Source: Azolla caroliniana
Lineage: Eukaryota; Plantae; Polypodiophyta
Length of the DNA stretch: 64,000 bases
Assembly (NCBI GenBank): GCA_043228905.1
Contig: JBHGNT010000020.1
Location: 11,408,001-11,472,000 of the forward strand
Reading direction: 5' to 3'
The notes beneath the pieces were generated by a model. The model was not told the DNA's origin, ran no database searches, and saw only the letters and a list, made by a program, of their open reading frames with translations. Below, piece by piece: positions 25,896-37,414 of this stretch; positions within the stretch are counted from its first letter, which is position 1, and every line of letters starts with the position of its first letter. The position numbers were made by a program, and so were the translations under genes.

Positions 25896-26723
25896 GTTAT
25901 ATATATATATCTACATATAATTTCTCTCTTCTTTTGGTTGGCTTACAAGGTATTTAAATGCTCATGTAAAAGACAAGCTTGCATTTTTATGGTGATGGCC
26001 CATGGGCCCATGTGAGAAGCCATATAGATAGCCTAGAGAAACTTTTGTGGACATGGCCTTTAGCCATGGGAAAGACCATATTATCAACAGTATAGTTAAA
26101 AGTAGGAAGGACTTTAGTAAGCCTATTAGTATGATGGTTAGCTTTTTCAAGACTCGCAAGTTTGTAATCAAAGTGTCACCCAAGGCCTCATGTGTGAGAT
26201 ATGTTCATTGTCGATGACGTGAGCGAGCACAATGTGTTTTGTTCGTTTATGCGGCACCTTTTAAAGTAACTATCCTATACACACACACACAACCACAGAG
26301 GGACATGACACTCTGAACTACATTTTATCGATGTGGTATGTTCGTTGGTACGTTAACATATGGTAATTGACTTTAACACTAGAAAGGGATGTGATGACTG
26401 TCAAAGTAGATTGGAGTATCAGAATTGGTGGTTATCTCTAAGGATTAAATAAGTAATACAAGTGTAACATGAGAAAGAGAGGAACAAAAGTCGAGCTGGG
26501 ATGTGAATGTAACCGGGCACTTTTTCATATCTTCGGGGGAAAGGTATTTTTTTTATTGGTTTCTAAGGTTTATTGTTTCGTATTATAGAAATACTACAAA
26601 TAATAAGGGTTTACGTTGTAACGTCCCCAGTTAATGTAAACATTCTATACCTTTATCATAAGAAGTCTATAACTAATATTGTGCAACAATTCCGTTGCTT
26701 ATGGTGTCCTACTAGTTTTGCCA

Positions 26724-27670
26724 CTATGTTGTTGTATTAGTGTAATGCAGTGACATTTCTTTATCTTCCACTAATTCTTTTGTGGAGTGATGGCATGCTC
26801 CAAATATATGTTTATGTTGATCAAGGATTTTTAGGTTTATTGCTAACTTTATACACGATTGATAGTCACAAAATAACTTCACTTCACTTAGCTTTAGAAT
26901 GTCCACTTCATTAACCATAGTTTTTATCCACAATCCTTCTATGATTGTTATAAGAGTAGTTGCCACATATTCCTCTTTAATACTTTGAGAGGGCCATTGA
27001 TGTACTCAATCAAAATTTATCCAACATATTGGTTTGACGCCATCAACCAAATTGGGAGGAATTCTTTTATTGAAAGCTTATATTTGCCATTTTATTCATA
27101 TTAACACTTCAAACAAATGACCCTCTTCACCTATAACAAGTACATGAATACCTACACCAAGAAATGAAGATTACTATGTCCATCCATGCTCCTCTATGTC
27201 ATCTTCATCTCCTTGTCGATATTCACTCATCAATGTTAATCTTCTTATCGATATCCATTCCAACGTATGTTTGATCTTTCATCATCGGAGCGGCCATGTC
27301 TCCACGATCCTCATAGTCATTGTATGGTATGCCATGACCTCACTTATTTTCACATGCATTATTGTCACATTTATTTGTCAATGGAAACATGGTTCAATGT
27401 CAAAGAAGAAAAAATAGGCGATCTTTGGTTATATTAGAGTATAATATTAAAGGCTTAATGCACACCTATAAATTGAAGGGATTAGCTCCCTTCACAATCG
27501 TGAGAAAGACCAACTGTGGAATATACAATATCGTAGAAAGACAGAAACACAGAGCAAATACACGAATACATAGTTTTACGTGGAAACTCTAAATGGGGAA
27601 AACCACGGGAACAAAGATTCCACTATAAAGAGAGTACAGAAAACAGTTACAATCTTCTCTGATACACACA
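26724..27670 (-). mobile_element. Degraded copia remnants (RNase H fragment and LTR-like piece)
   Basis: LFCDYQSCIKLAINLKILDQHKHI resembles the copia RNase H motif CDNQSAI...HxRTKHI. TTTTACGTGGAAACTC...GGGGAAAACCACGG near 27575-27610 is a copia LTR-type motif also present in the copia LTRs of this window. Confidence 0.5.
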
Positions 27671-29509
27671 GAGGATAACCTGCTTAGGGTTCTTAGCAAG
27701 TTCGCTAAACTTTGTTGCCGCTGTTATGCCTTTCGGCTCCGATTAAATAATCTCGATCCGATTTGATTGCCGACACGACTCCCCATAATTCTCTTTTGAC
27801 TTGTGCATACCCTCGTTGCCTTTTGTTGAGAACCTTTGCTCCAAATCGGATCGGATATCGCGAACCATCCGAGTCGGCTTGATTGATGACCCATCCGATT
27901 CCGGTTGGATTTGTGTCAACTGTTACTATGATCGGTCAGTCATAGTTCGGCTTCTTTAATGCTTTTGCCCTCCGTAGTGATCTCTTGAGCTTCTTCACGG
28001 CTTTGGTATGCTCCGGTTTCCATTCGAACTTCTTACCCTTCCGCAACAAGTGATAGAGTGGGTCCGTAATATGTGCATAGTGGGGAATCCATATGTGATA
28101 GAATGCACATGCTCCAAGAAACCTTCGGACTTCGGATTGTGACTCACATGCTTCTTTCATAGCTTGAATCGCATCGATCTTGGTCGGTGACGGTCTTCGG
28201 CCGTAGGGTCCACATAGATGTCTGACTACCAATATTTTCTTCTTGCCCGAAGGCTGATTTCTCCCCGGAAAGTGTAAGGTGCACATCTTCTAACTTTCGA
28301 AGCACTTTCTCGCAATCACGAATATGGTTGACTACGAACTTTTGGCATCCCCGATCATCCATAGTCTCATCTTTTTCTTTCACCGCGCATCCTTTTATCG
28401 GAATGTCATCTAGGAACGACATTGTTATCTCTGGAATGCAATCCCGGAGCACCTTGTCATTGCATTCATCATATGTGCGATCGAGTTTGTTGCGCCTTGT
28501 GGTAGTGTGCATATACAGACTAATCCTATCGGTGTCCGCATGGTAGTGATGTCTCGGCTCTCCATGGCTAGTTGGAATTGGTCATATCCGGAGTATAGGT
28601 CTCCGATGGAGTATATCGCGCGTCCGGCAAATGCTTCCGCAAATTCGTCCACTATCGGACCAACTCCAGAGTTCCGGATCATGACCTTGTTCACCGGTTG
28701 CAAATCTGGAATAAACTGGAGTGACCCATTCTTTGTCGGAACCGTAAACCATTGATTTGAGTACGGAGCAATTGATGGCTCTAGAATCCCCATCGCCACC
28801 TTCTCCTTGAGCAAGTCGATGTTATTGGGAATATGCGCCCGTGGCACCAGAATCGGCTTCAAGTTCCATATCACATGGTCAATCGTGAAGATCACCATCG
28901 GCTCCACTATCTTCGGGTCAGCGCATCCTATTTCTTTCGATGTAAATGCAAATGCTCTCCCATGTCGCTCTAGCATCCCACATAATCGTTCTTCTTCATT
29001 CTTTAATAGGAACCCACCTCCACCGATCCGAAGTTTCTTTCGGGTCTCATCCGTGAAGGCATGTCCGATATCCATGGACTTCCGAAGTGTCGGATCCCCC
29101 GAGACGTCTTTCCTCTTTTGCTCGCTATCGGTGGGTAACGGTCCTGCGGCCGGTTTCACTTTCTTCTCCACGGTCTTGTATTTCGTACTTACCATTGCTT
29201 CTTCTTTGCGGAGCACATCTGGCCCCATTTTCACAATGATCTCATACATCTCGACCGATTCCACCGGGACTACCCGGTCTCCCTGGCCTGTATCTTCCGT
29301 GAGCTCTTCAAGCCATTGTAGCATGCTCCCATAGAACACTTCTTTGACTATTCCCACGATTTCTTCGTCTTCTTTTATTATTGATGCTGACCGTAACATA
29401 TCCTCCACTTTTTGGTATTCTTTCTTCATTCCTCCGGTTACGGCCGTGTACGTAGATGCCCCATCTGGACTGATTCGTACTTGTCTTGCTCCGAGAATTT
29501 TCTTCCTGT

Positions 29510-29573
29510 GTGGGGTATCAGGGCTTCTCGGACTATCACTTCCCCACTCCACAATAGTCCGCTCTAAAAATCC
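29510..29573 (-). promoter_or_regulatory. Putative -1 ribosomal frameshift signal at the gag/pol junction
   Basis: G GAT TTT before the gag stop, a 5-nt spacer, an 8-bp stem CGGACTAT/ATAGTCCG, and loop GTGGGG complementary to downstream CCCCAC. Pol is in the -1 frame. Confidence 0.7.
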
Positions 29574-31501
29574 ATCCTTGTTTGGGACAAGAGCTCTCTC
29601 TTGTTCCTTTCATGAATTGCCGGCACCGTTAGGAATTGGACGGATTTCCCTATGTTTTGGCTCCGAATTCGTGCAAAAGCTGCACCGCTATCGAGCACCT
29701 TTGTCTCCATCCGTGAAGCCATGATAAAGGGTTGCCCGAGGATCATAGAGTGTGAGACCTCGTCTTGTACAAAGAAATTTTGGTCGATCTCGACATCCCC
29801 GATCTTCATCGTCACATCCGGACAAGCCGCAAATAGATATTCCGTTGCTTTAGTGGCCGCCCGGATCTTCCATCCATGATTGGTGTTAATAGGCCACTTC
29901 CCCTTCCGGTAGAACTCCTTAGACATCAAATTGATCTCTGATTCATGATCAATCAATGCTAGCACGGGCTCTTTAATGTTGTTGATTCGGACCGGAGTCT
30001 CTGTAGTTGCACGTGCCCAGTGTGGCCTTGTGTAGTGGGAGTTCGGAATTTCGTCCTCCACTTCGGTGTCGTTCATCAAAATAGTATTTGCATTCATCAT
30101 CGGTGCATTTTCCTCCGTAGTTTGTCTTTTTCTTTTCACGAGATCCACAAGAAGATCATGGAACTCCTTTTTTGCTATTCCGAGTAGTTCTCGAAGCAAA
30201 AATTCCACTCGACTATCAAGGATTCTCTCTTCGAACACCTTCTTTAGGTCGGTCTGTTGTTCGATGTTCGAACCGAGTTTGAATGCTGGAATTGTTTTTC
30301 CTTTCCCCTTCCCTTTACAGTTCGAACTTTCTGGTGTCTTTGATGGTCCGGCCGCATCATCCGTGCGCCGTCGTTTTTCATCCACATACACTTCATGCAA
30401 TTGACATAGTGCATGCACGCTATTCTTGTCTACGGGGCACTCCCATCCCGTAGCTTCCTGGATACATTCCGCGGCGCTTCTGATTTCATCATGGTCAGCT
30501 TTCTTCGAAATTTTTAGCACTTCCGGCCAAAAAGATGCCTTTGCTCCCGATGACTCCCCGACACGTATTCCCGCAGTTGTTGCGTAATTGCTCTTCGTCG
30601 CTATTTCTTCCTCTAGGACCTTCATGCCGCCTTTTCGGAAGTTCGGTCGGAGCGGCTTTCGAGAGTCCATCGAATGAATCCAATTTCCCTCGTAGTAGAT
30701 AAGATCTCGTCGTAGCACTTCCTTGTGCTCGTCGCAATCTCTTCGATCATGTTCGGTGCTATCGCACCATATACACCGACGGTCCATATACTTGGAACTT
30801 GTGGGACGGTCATCCGCCTTCTTGACCATCGCGATTTTTAGATTCTCCATCTCCTTCAGCAATTGCTCCATTGTAGTTGTGTCGATTCCCTTCTCGGTCG
30901 TAGCTTCCCGAGCCCGCGGTTGATGGTCTTCCGATCCGGATCTAGGTTTCGGAGTCGGTTCCGAAACCCTCTTTTCTTCGTTGGCAAGCCATTGCCCCCT
31001 CTTTGTGTATTGCACGACGATATCCCGCACGCTTTCCCATGTTTTGGTGAGGCCACTCTCGGTAGTCGTGTCCTCTAGAAGCACTCCAAGATCCTTCCGG
31101 TCCTGGACGTCTACGACTCGTAAGAACATGATAACTTTGTCTGGTGCGAGGATAGCTTGATCTCTCACAGACAACCTCCCAAACCGACTTTCGAATGCTG
31201 AAAACACATCGAGGACCTTCATCCCCTTGTCCGGCATTTCCACCCAATCCTCGAATCCTCTCCGCGTTGCCTTGGAGGAGTCCTCGATAGCGAACGTGGT
31301 CTTTAGCGCCTCTTCAAACGCTTCCCACATCGGATTTTGTTGTCGTAGCCCGTGGATACTTGCTTGAAGCTCGTCGGTAGCCACCTGGTTGAAGGATGTC
31401 ACTTGCAGTCCTTCTGAAATCCCGCACCGTATCATTTCCGCCTTGTAGTCCCGAAGATAGCGCAATACGTCCTTTCCGTTGAATTGCCTGATCCGTTGCA
31501 C
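29564..31501 (-). CDS. Gag-protease ORF of the tRNA-Trp gypsy element
   Basis: 645-aa ORF with capsid-like N-terminus, CIWCDSTEHDRRDC knuckle, and aspartic protease ALIDHESEINLM...ILGQPF (D-x-G motif altered). True start uncertain. Confidence 0.8.
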   Translation of the reverse strand: MQRIRQFNGKDVLRYLRDYKAEMIRCGISEGLQVTSFNQVATDELQASIHGLRQQNPMWEAFEEALKTTFAIEDSSKATRRGFEDWVEMPDKGMKVLDVFSAFESRFGRLSVRDQAILAPDKVIMFLRVVDVQDRKDLGVLLEDTTTESGLTKTWESVRDIVVQYTKRGQWLANEEKRVSEPTPKPRSGSEDHQPRAREATTEKGIDTTTMEQLLKEMENLKIAMVKKADDRPTSSKYMDRRCIWCDSTEHDRRDCDEHKEVLRRDLIYYEGNWIHSMDSRKPLRPNFRKGGMKVLEEEIATKSNYATTAGIRVGESSGAKASFWPEVLKISKKADHDEIRSAAECIQEATGWECPVDKNSVHALCQLHEVYVDEKRRRTDDAAGPSKTPESSNCKGKGKGKTIPAFKLGSNIEQQTDLKKVFEERILDSRVEFLLRELLGIAKKEFHDLLVDLVKRKRQTTEENAPMMNANTILMNDTEVEDEIPNSHYTRPHWARATTETPVRINNIKEPVLALIDHESEINLMSKEFYRKGKWPINTNHGWKIRAATKATEYLFAACPDVTMKIGDVEIDQNFFVQDEVSHSMILGQPFIMASRMETKVLDSGAAFARIRSQNIGKSVQFLTVPAIHERNKRELLSQTRMDF

Positions 31502-32117
31502 GAGCTGCTATCTCCGACATCGTATGTTGTTCTTGAAGCATCCGCTCGAACATCATCATCATGTTGTTAGCCTCCGGTTGGTTTTCCATCTCCTTGCCAC
31601 CCGTGTTCACGTCGGGTTCACCACTTGTGTCGTGCCTTTCGGCTCCGGATCGTTGCGTGAGTCGGGCAGGAACCATTGAGGTTTTGGACTAGGAGAAAAG
31701 AAAATTCTAAGGCAATGAAGAATATGAAATATGTTGTAAGAAGAAAGATATGAAAAATTCGTGAATCCCACGAGTATAGTGTATTAGTGAGTACTCAGAT
31801 TAAGAGAGAAAAATAGTTAGCAAATTCGTGAATCCCACGATTATATTATATTAATCAACCCTTGTAAAATAAGCAACAACCACTATACATCTTTCTCTCT
31901 CCCTTATATAGTGTTGGAAGAGTCTAAGTTTATCACATGCAAGCATCATGCTTTTCCTAAGTTTAGTTTTCATGCACATTGCATGTGCGTGATTAACTTT
32001 CTATCCCATCTTTTCTTTTAACTCGAGTGTGTATGCATGAATAACTTTTTATACCATGCATATCTAGAACATTTAGATGGGATAAAGTTTAGTATAATGT
32101 TAAAATTCATAATATGC

Positions 32118-32175
32118 TAGTATAGTGGTAAGGTTGGGGTTTGTTTACGTGGAGGTACAGGGTTCGAACCTTGCC
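32118..32175 (+). promoter_or_regulatory. tRNA-like Pol III A-box/B-box module within the gypsy LTR, antisense to the element
   Basis: TAGTATAGTGGTAAG (A box/D arm) and GGTTCGAACC (B box) start 43 nt apart, as in tRNA genes. No intact acceptor stem. Confidence 0.65.
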
Positions 32176-33099
32176 CTATGCATGTAGTAAATATTTTTAA
32201 TATTTTATTTTATTTATTATACGTACTTTAAATCGGATATAGTATTTTACATATTTCACGTAGTATGTGATTCACACTACGACACCGCTCTCTCTCACAC
32301 TCACATACTCTCTCTTCTCTGTCATGCTACCCTATAGAGGCTCACACACTATACTGTTCAACACACATACCATGTTTGCCCTAAGTGTATTTATACTTTT
32401 ACGCTGTATGGGCTATTTACAAATGTAGCCACTACTACTATCATTACTATAATAACAATAATTGTTATTTAGCCGATTGATAAACTAGTTGGTTCGACTA
32501 GTCGACTGAAGTGTTGACAGTCCAGTCGGCCCGACTAGTCGGCCTTATCTTCGACCATCTGGTCGGCTTGACCATGGGTGGCGGCTGCTTGGTCGGTTTC
32601 GACTATTTGTCGAACCTCCGACTCGGCCCGATGAGTCGGCCCTTCTATGATAAATTTGTCGGTGTTGAAGGAGATTCTTTTGCTGACCGTTTTTGACTAG
32701 TTCCACTAAGAGAGAATAGAGTCTTCATTGAAGACTACGTCACTGCTCCGGATCAGTTTCCGGTTCTCTAGATCCTATATCCTATAGCCGAAGTCCCCAT
32801 CAGTTCCATAACCGAGAAATATGCATTTCTTTGCATGGGGTGCCAGCTTGGTCCTTTCCCCTAGGGATGAATGCATATGATTCACATCCAAATATACGAA
32901 GCCTATAGGTCGGTTGTTTGCCTGACTATATTGCATGTGGCACTTCGAGCCTTATTGCTTTTTATAGTGATAGATTGATCAAATATACTGTCATCTGCAA
33001 TGCTTCGGCCTAGAACTCTAGTTTTAGTCCGGCTTGCTGGAGCATTTGCAGTCACCCTTTCCTAGATCGTTCGATTGATCTGTTCTGCCACTCCATTCT

Positions 33100-34518
33100 A
33101 CATGGGTGTGTATGGAACGGTCTTCTAGTGTCGGACCCATTGTTAATTCTCAAGTGGACTCAAATTTCTTAGATTCTTTTCTTGATCTTTTTTCTTCAAA
33201 AGGTTTTGATACTATTCTTAGAGTAATAGACCAATTCACTAAGATGACACATTTCTTTTTGTGTATGAGGACTCTAATAGTTAGGATGGTTGATGCAGTT
33301 ATGGGGAAACATTGAACCATGGTTTCCAAATGATGTTATTATCATGGGCCATATTTCATTTCAAAATTCTAGAAACATTTTCTCAAGCTCCTTGGTATCT
33401 CTTGTAAGCTCTCTTCCAATTATTGTCATCCATAGAATGATGGTTAGATTGAGTACACACGAATCAAACCTTAGATTAATATATTCGCTAACTTAACAAT
33501 TACGAATTAGATGATTTGGTTTTCTTATATTGTAGAGAGATTTCTTACAATAATTCAATTCATTCTTCCATTGGATATCCTCCATTCGTTGCAAGTACAA
33601 GTCATCACCCTCATTTGAAAATATTTCAGCATCCTCAAGTCTACAAATCCTATTACTAGCGCGCCACATGAAGATTAATATGGTCTAGAATCTTCAATAG
33701 ACAAACCTAAGTTCAAATTGAGATTGTGTTTAGTTGTTATGATGTAATGTGAAGAACACTAAACCACACGACAAGTTATATTATCAATGCCTTGGTCCAT
33801 TCTTAATCTTTTGATATCAATGATGTTTTGTTTTGTCTAGATCTCTCTTCCCATATGTGTCTTCATATGATGTTCTGTGTATCACCTTTAGAACCTTATG
33901 TTTAGACGCTTATTCCCAATCAAGTTATTCTTCCCATATCTCATGTTCAACTTGCTAATAGACTAGAGTATGAGGTGAAGCCATTTTGGATTTCAAGATC
34001 ATACATAACAAACTACATTACTTGGTGGATTAGTTATGCTATATGCCAAATGACAAAACCTAGGACATCACCATAACAAACAATATTACTTGGTGGATTA
34101 GTTGGGCCATGTGCCCAATGGTTGAACGTGGGAGCCTAAGAATATTGTTAATGCCCCAATTCTTGTCAAAGAATTTCATCATTATTATCCTCTAAACCAA
34201 GTTCCAATACATGCCTTGCCACTTGCAAAGCTCATCATCAAAAGGGGGATAATGTTAGGGGCAAAATGCACAACCTTTCTAGAGATTTGAGCTCATGTCC
34301 ACCCAAATTAGGGCTATCATCCTTAACTATTGAAACATTTTGCATGAGAACGAGTTGGCTAGTATGACGCAAGTTTAACATGATTATACATATGAAAGCT
34401 ATTTTCATTGTCAAACCATTCTAGTTCAACCTCTTCGACACAATCTTGAAGTCTTGTGCTCATGTTCATATTCTAGTTTCCTTTCTCCTTGTTCTTGTTC
34501 TTGCTTTAACCCTTGACA
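33100..34518 (+). mobile_element. Highly degraded chromovirus gypsy 3' end: integrase, chromodomain, PPT, LTR 34253-34518
   Basis: SKGFDTILRVIDQFTKMTHF integrase motif. EYEV...YLVD...TWEP...NAP chromodomain remnants at ~33960-34200. PPT AAAAGGGGGATAA then TGTTAGG...CCTTGACA. Confidence 0.7.
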
Positions 34519-37414
34519 TGATGCATTGATTCCCAACCTTCTATGTACATAAATTGAAGTAGCTTGGTGGTTAAGAATTGATAATCTAAATTATTCACTA
34601 AGTTTTGAGCTCTACATATGGGATTCCCGAAACTGAAATTATAAGTGTAATGTGTTATGAGAAAGGTGTAAGTTGATCTACACCTAATATCTTAAATATA
34701 ATACAATTTAATTTCTACTCTCTTCTCTATCCAATCCATAAGGCAAGTATGTGAGATTTGTTCACCTTGTTTGCTTTGTGCTCAATCTCTCATTGCTATT
34801 TGACTTCTATCTTTACTTCTTTTCTCATAACTTTGGGAGATCCTTGGGATAATTTTCTCCACATTGTTAGACCATGTATTGTTAAGTGAGGTGAATTTTG
34901 AAATGTGTGACGCCTACTTATTTCAATCTTTTACATGATGCTTGCTTTGTTTTCATGTAAACATATATTCTTCTCAAACTTTCTAGAAGTAGGTACAATG
35001 TTCTTAAAGGACATATTGTGGGTTAACTTTTTTGTTACCTTATTCAAATAAAATAATCAAGAATTGTCTATGTTTTCCATAAATTAACCTATACCCATGC
35101 TAATACTTGATATTTCTCGACCTGTCCTTGATGCTTTGGTTTGTCAATGGTCATCATGTCACCTACATGGATACATGTCACCTACACTTGATATTTTTAT
35201 CCTACCATAACACTTTGCTTTGTTTTTACATCACATTCTCTAGATATTTAATTTAATGTGTTGATATGGTATGCAAATAAGTTAATTAGTTGATTTCACG
35301 GGAACAATTTTTTTTTGGGTCAATATTTCTCTTACAAAAAAATAAGAATACACAATATTTTAATGATGGTTTATCCATTTAATTTCTAACCTAAACCGAG
35401 GATTGTTTCATGGTAGAATCTAAATCACAAGAAAATTGACATGCATTCCCCTTCTCGCAATGCTTCGTTATGTTTCTTATATTGATGTAACATAGAAAAT
35501 TTAGGTACTTCATGGCCGAGGATATGAGCATTGTAAGAAGAATGTGTATTGCATGACATCTAGTTTGTCCAAGGCTATATGATTTTGTTGTTTGAGCTTC
35601 GTGAACTAAGTGTCTTTGCGACGATTGCCTTTTATAAGATTAGGCTATTGTTTTCAAAGTGAACATTTTTAAGATAAAATTGTTAGTGTATATGATAAAC
35701 TAAAAATGCTAGTTTGAAACCACAACCTTAAGTATACTATAGTCTAGACTCTATAATATTCTAATCCATTTTGTTTCAAATTTTGCATGGAATGCCATTC
35801 GAGCTTGCATATGAAGCACCTCGCGATTACGTACTTCATTACCTATTTATAATATGCTTTCATGATATCTATCTAGCTAGAAATGTTGGTGTGCTCCTCA
35901 CGATATGGCAAATGCCATATGCATTCATGATGTTCTTGCATGGTTTGGATGCTTGTTAATGTCAATCCTTTATTATTTGGTTAACAATATGTGTTTTAGT
36001 TACCATTGCCTTTTATCGGACACTACTATCATCACTAGTCTTGTGCAAAATATCAATGTCAATGGTGTAAAAGCTAGTTTGAGAAGCAAAATGCAAATGT
36101 GCATGACTACATAATTATGAAGAGTTCATTATCATGATTTCAGCATCAAACTCATTGTTGAAGACTTATGCATCATGTTGAAAGTCTCCTATATGATCTG
36201 AAGGGCAGTGCTTTCTTCTTACTTTCTATTAGTACTGCAATTCTCAAGACATGGAATGCCTCTAAATCACAAGGAAAACCTAGATCACAATATTTTACCC
36301 TCGCCCATGGAATAGTTTCAAGTAAAGTAGAGCTCCAAATACATATATTGAACGTATTTTGACAAGTAGAAGATCAAGCCAACACTTTTTAGATGCGATA
36401 TTGTCGACTAGTTATGGAAACATGCATGCAGCTTGATACAACATGAATGTGAAGAACTTGGATTCAAACATCTCTTGACTAGTAACCATAAGATAGGCAT
36501 ACTTGTAAGGTCTATAGCACATGCATCAAGATGCTTGACAATGTCAAATATAGCTTTTAATGATTCATGTAACATATCCATAACACCATGATGCTTGATG
36601 CACACCATGATTATTCATCCCAGAATTCATGTTTGATCATGACTTGATACACCATGATTATTCATCGCTGAAGTCATTTTTTTATCACGACTCAAGACTT
36701 GGTGCAGCTTATTCTACATGTCCTTAAGAAGACCTGGTGCATTTCTCAAGTATCTGTTGGTAAGCCAATGGATTATTTATATGCGCTAGAACCACTAACT
36801 GGTTTCTTATAGAGAGGAAAAGAAGTGTCAACATCTGTGCACAGCCTTGTTTACCCTCAGATTCATGATCAACATTTGTTTCATTAATAAAGAGTAAAGT
36901 GCTAACATGCTATTCTGTGATTTATAAGTGACATTATTTGCCTCTTTGTATACTAATCTCTTGATCGATTGATATGCTTGTGGCAATTGCCAAGCATGAG
37001 TTTAAGAGAAGACCATCAGTATGCTCTTGAAAACATGGTCTTCTATATACATGGATGCAGAAGTGTGATGGACAACAATCAACTAGCACTGCACAAATGG
37101 AGGAATGTCAAGTAAAGCGAAATGGCAACAATGACAATGCAAAGGTTTCGACTATTAGAAATACCTCTTAGTTATCAACTTCAGAGCCACTGCACCTTCA
37201 TGAAACAATAAAGAAAATGACAGATACACAAGAGACAACTATTAAAGGTAAAGATCACAAACATTAAATCAATGATAAGATATCAATATACTAGGTGCAT
37301 AGAGCAGCCATATAAAATCAACAAAATACAATTGAATACTGTGACTATGTTAAGAACAATAGCTGCAATTTTGCAGCAATGCCCAATCAAAGAAATGAAT
37401 TATAAATATGATCC

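Larger units (their letters stand above)
27732..32284 (-). mobile_element. Ty3/gypsy element primed by tRNA-Trp: 5' LTR 31628-32284, gag-PR, RT, start of RNase H; 3' end lost
   Basis: LTR TGTCGT...ACGACA. PBS TGGTGAACCCGACGTGAA at ~31606-31623, complementary to the tRNA-Trp 3' end. RT motifs DLYSGYDQ, LPQGATNS, FLDD; RNase H start IVTVDT. Confidence 0.9.

Noticed and set aside
31606-31623. tRNA-Trp gene fragment (also at 49953-49970)
   Set aside because: Includes CCA and abuts an LTR, so it is a primer-binding site.
32110-32185. Functional tRNA genes at the tRNA-like LTR motifs
   Set aside because: No intact acceptor stem or canonical anticodon arm; treated as promoter-like modules only.
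32470-32700. CGACTAGTCG/GTCGG motif cluster as a DNA transposon end
   Set aside because: Suggestive of subterminal repeats, but I could not find TIRs or a TSD.
34520-37400. Possible decayed gene or transposase in the AT-rich interval
   Set aside because: Only short ORFs; no motif I can support.
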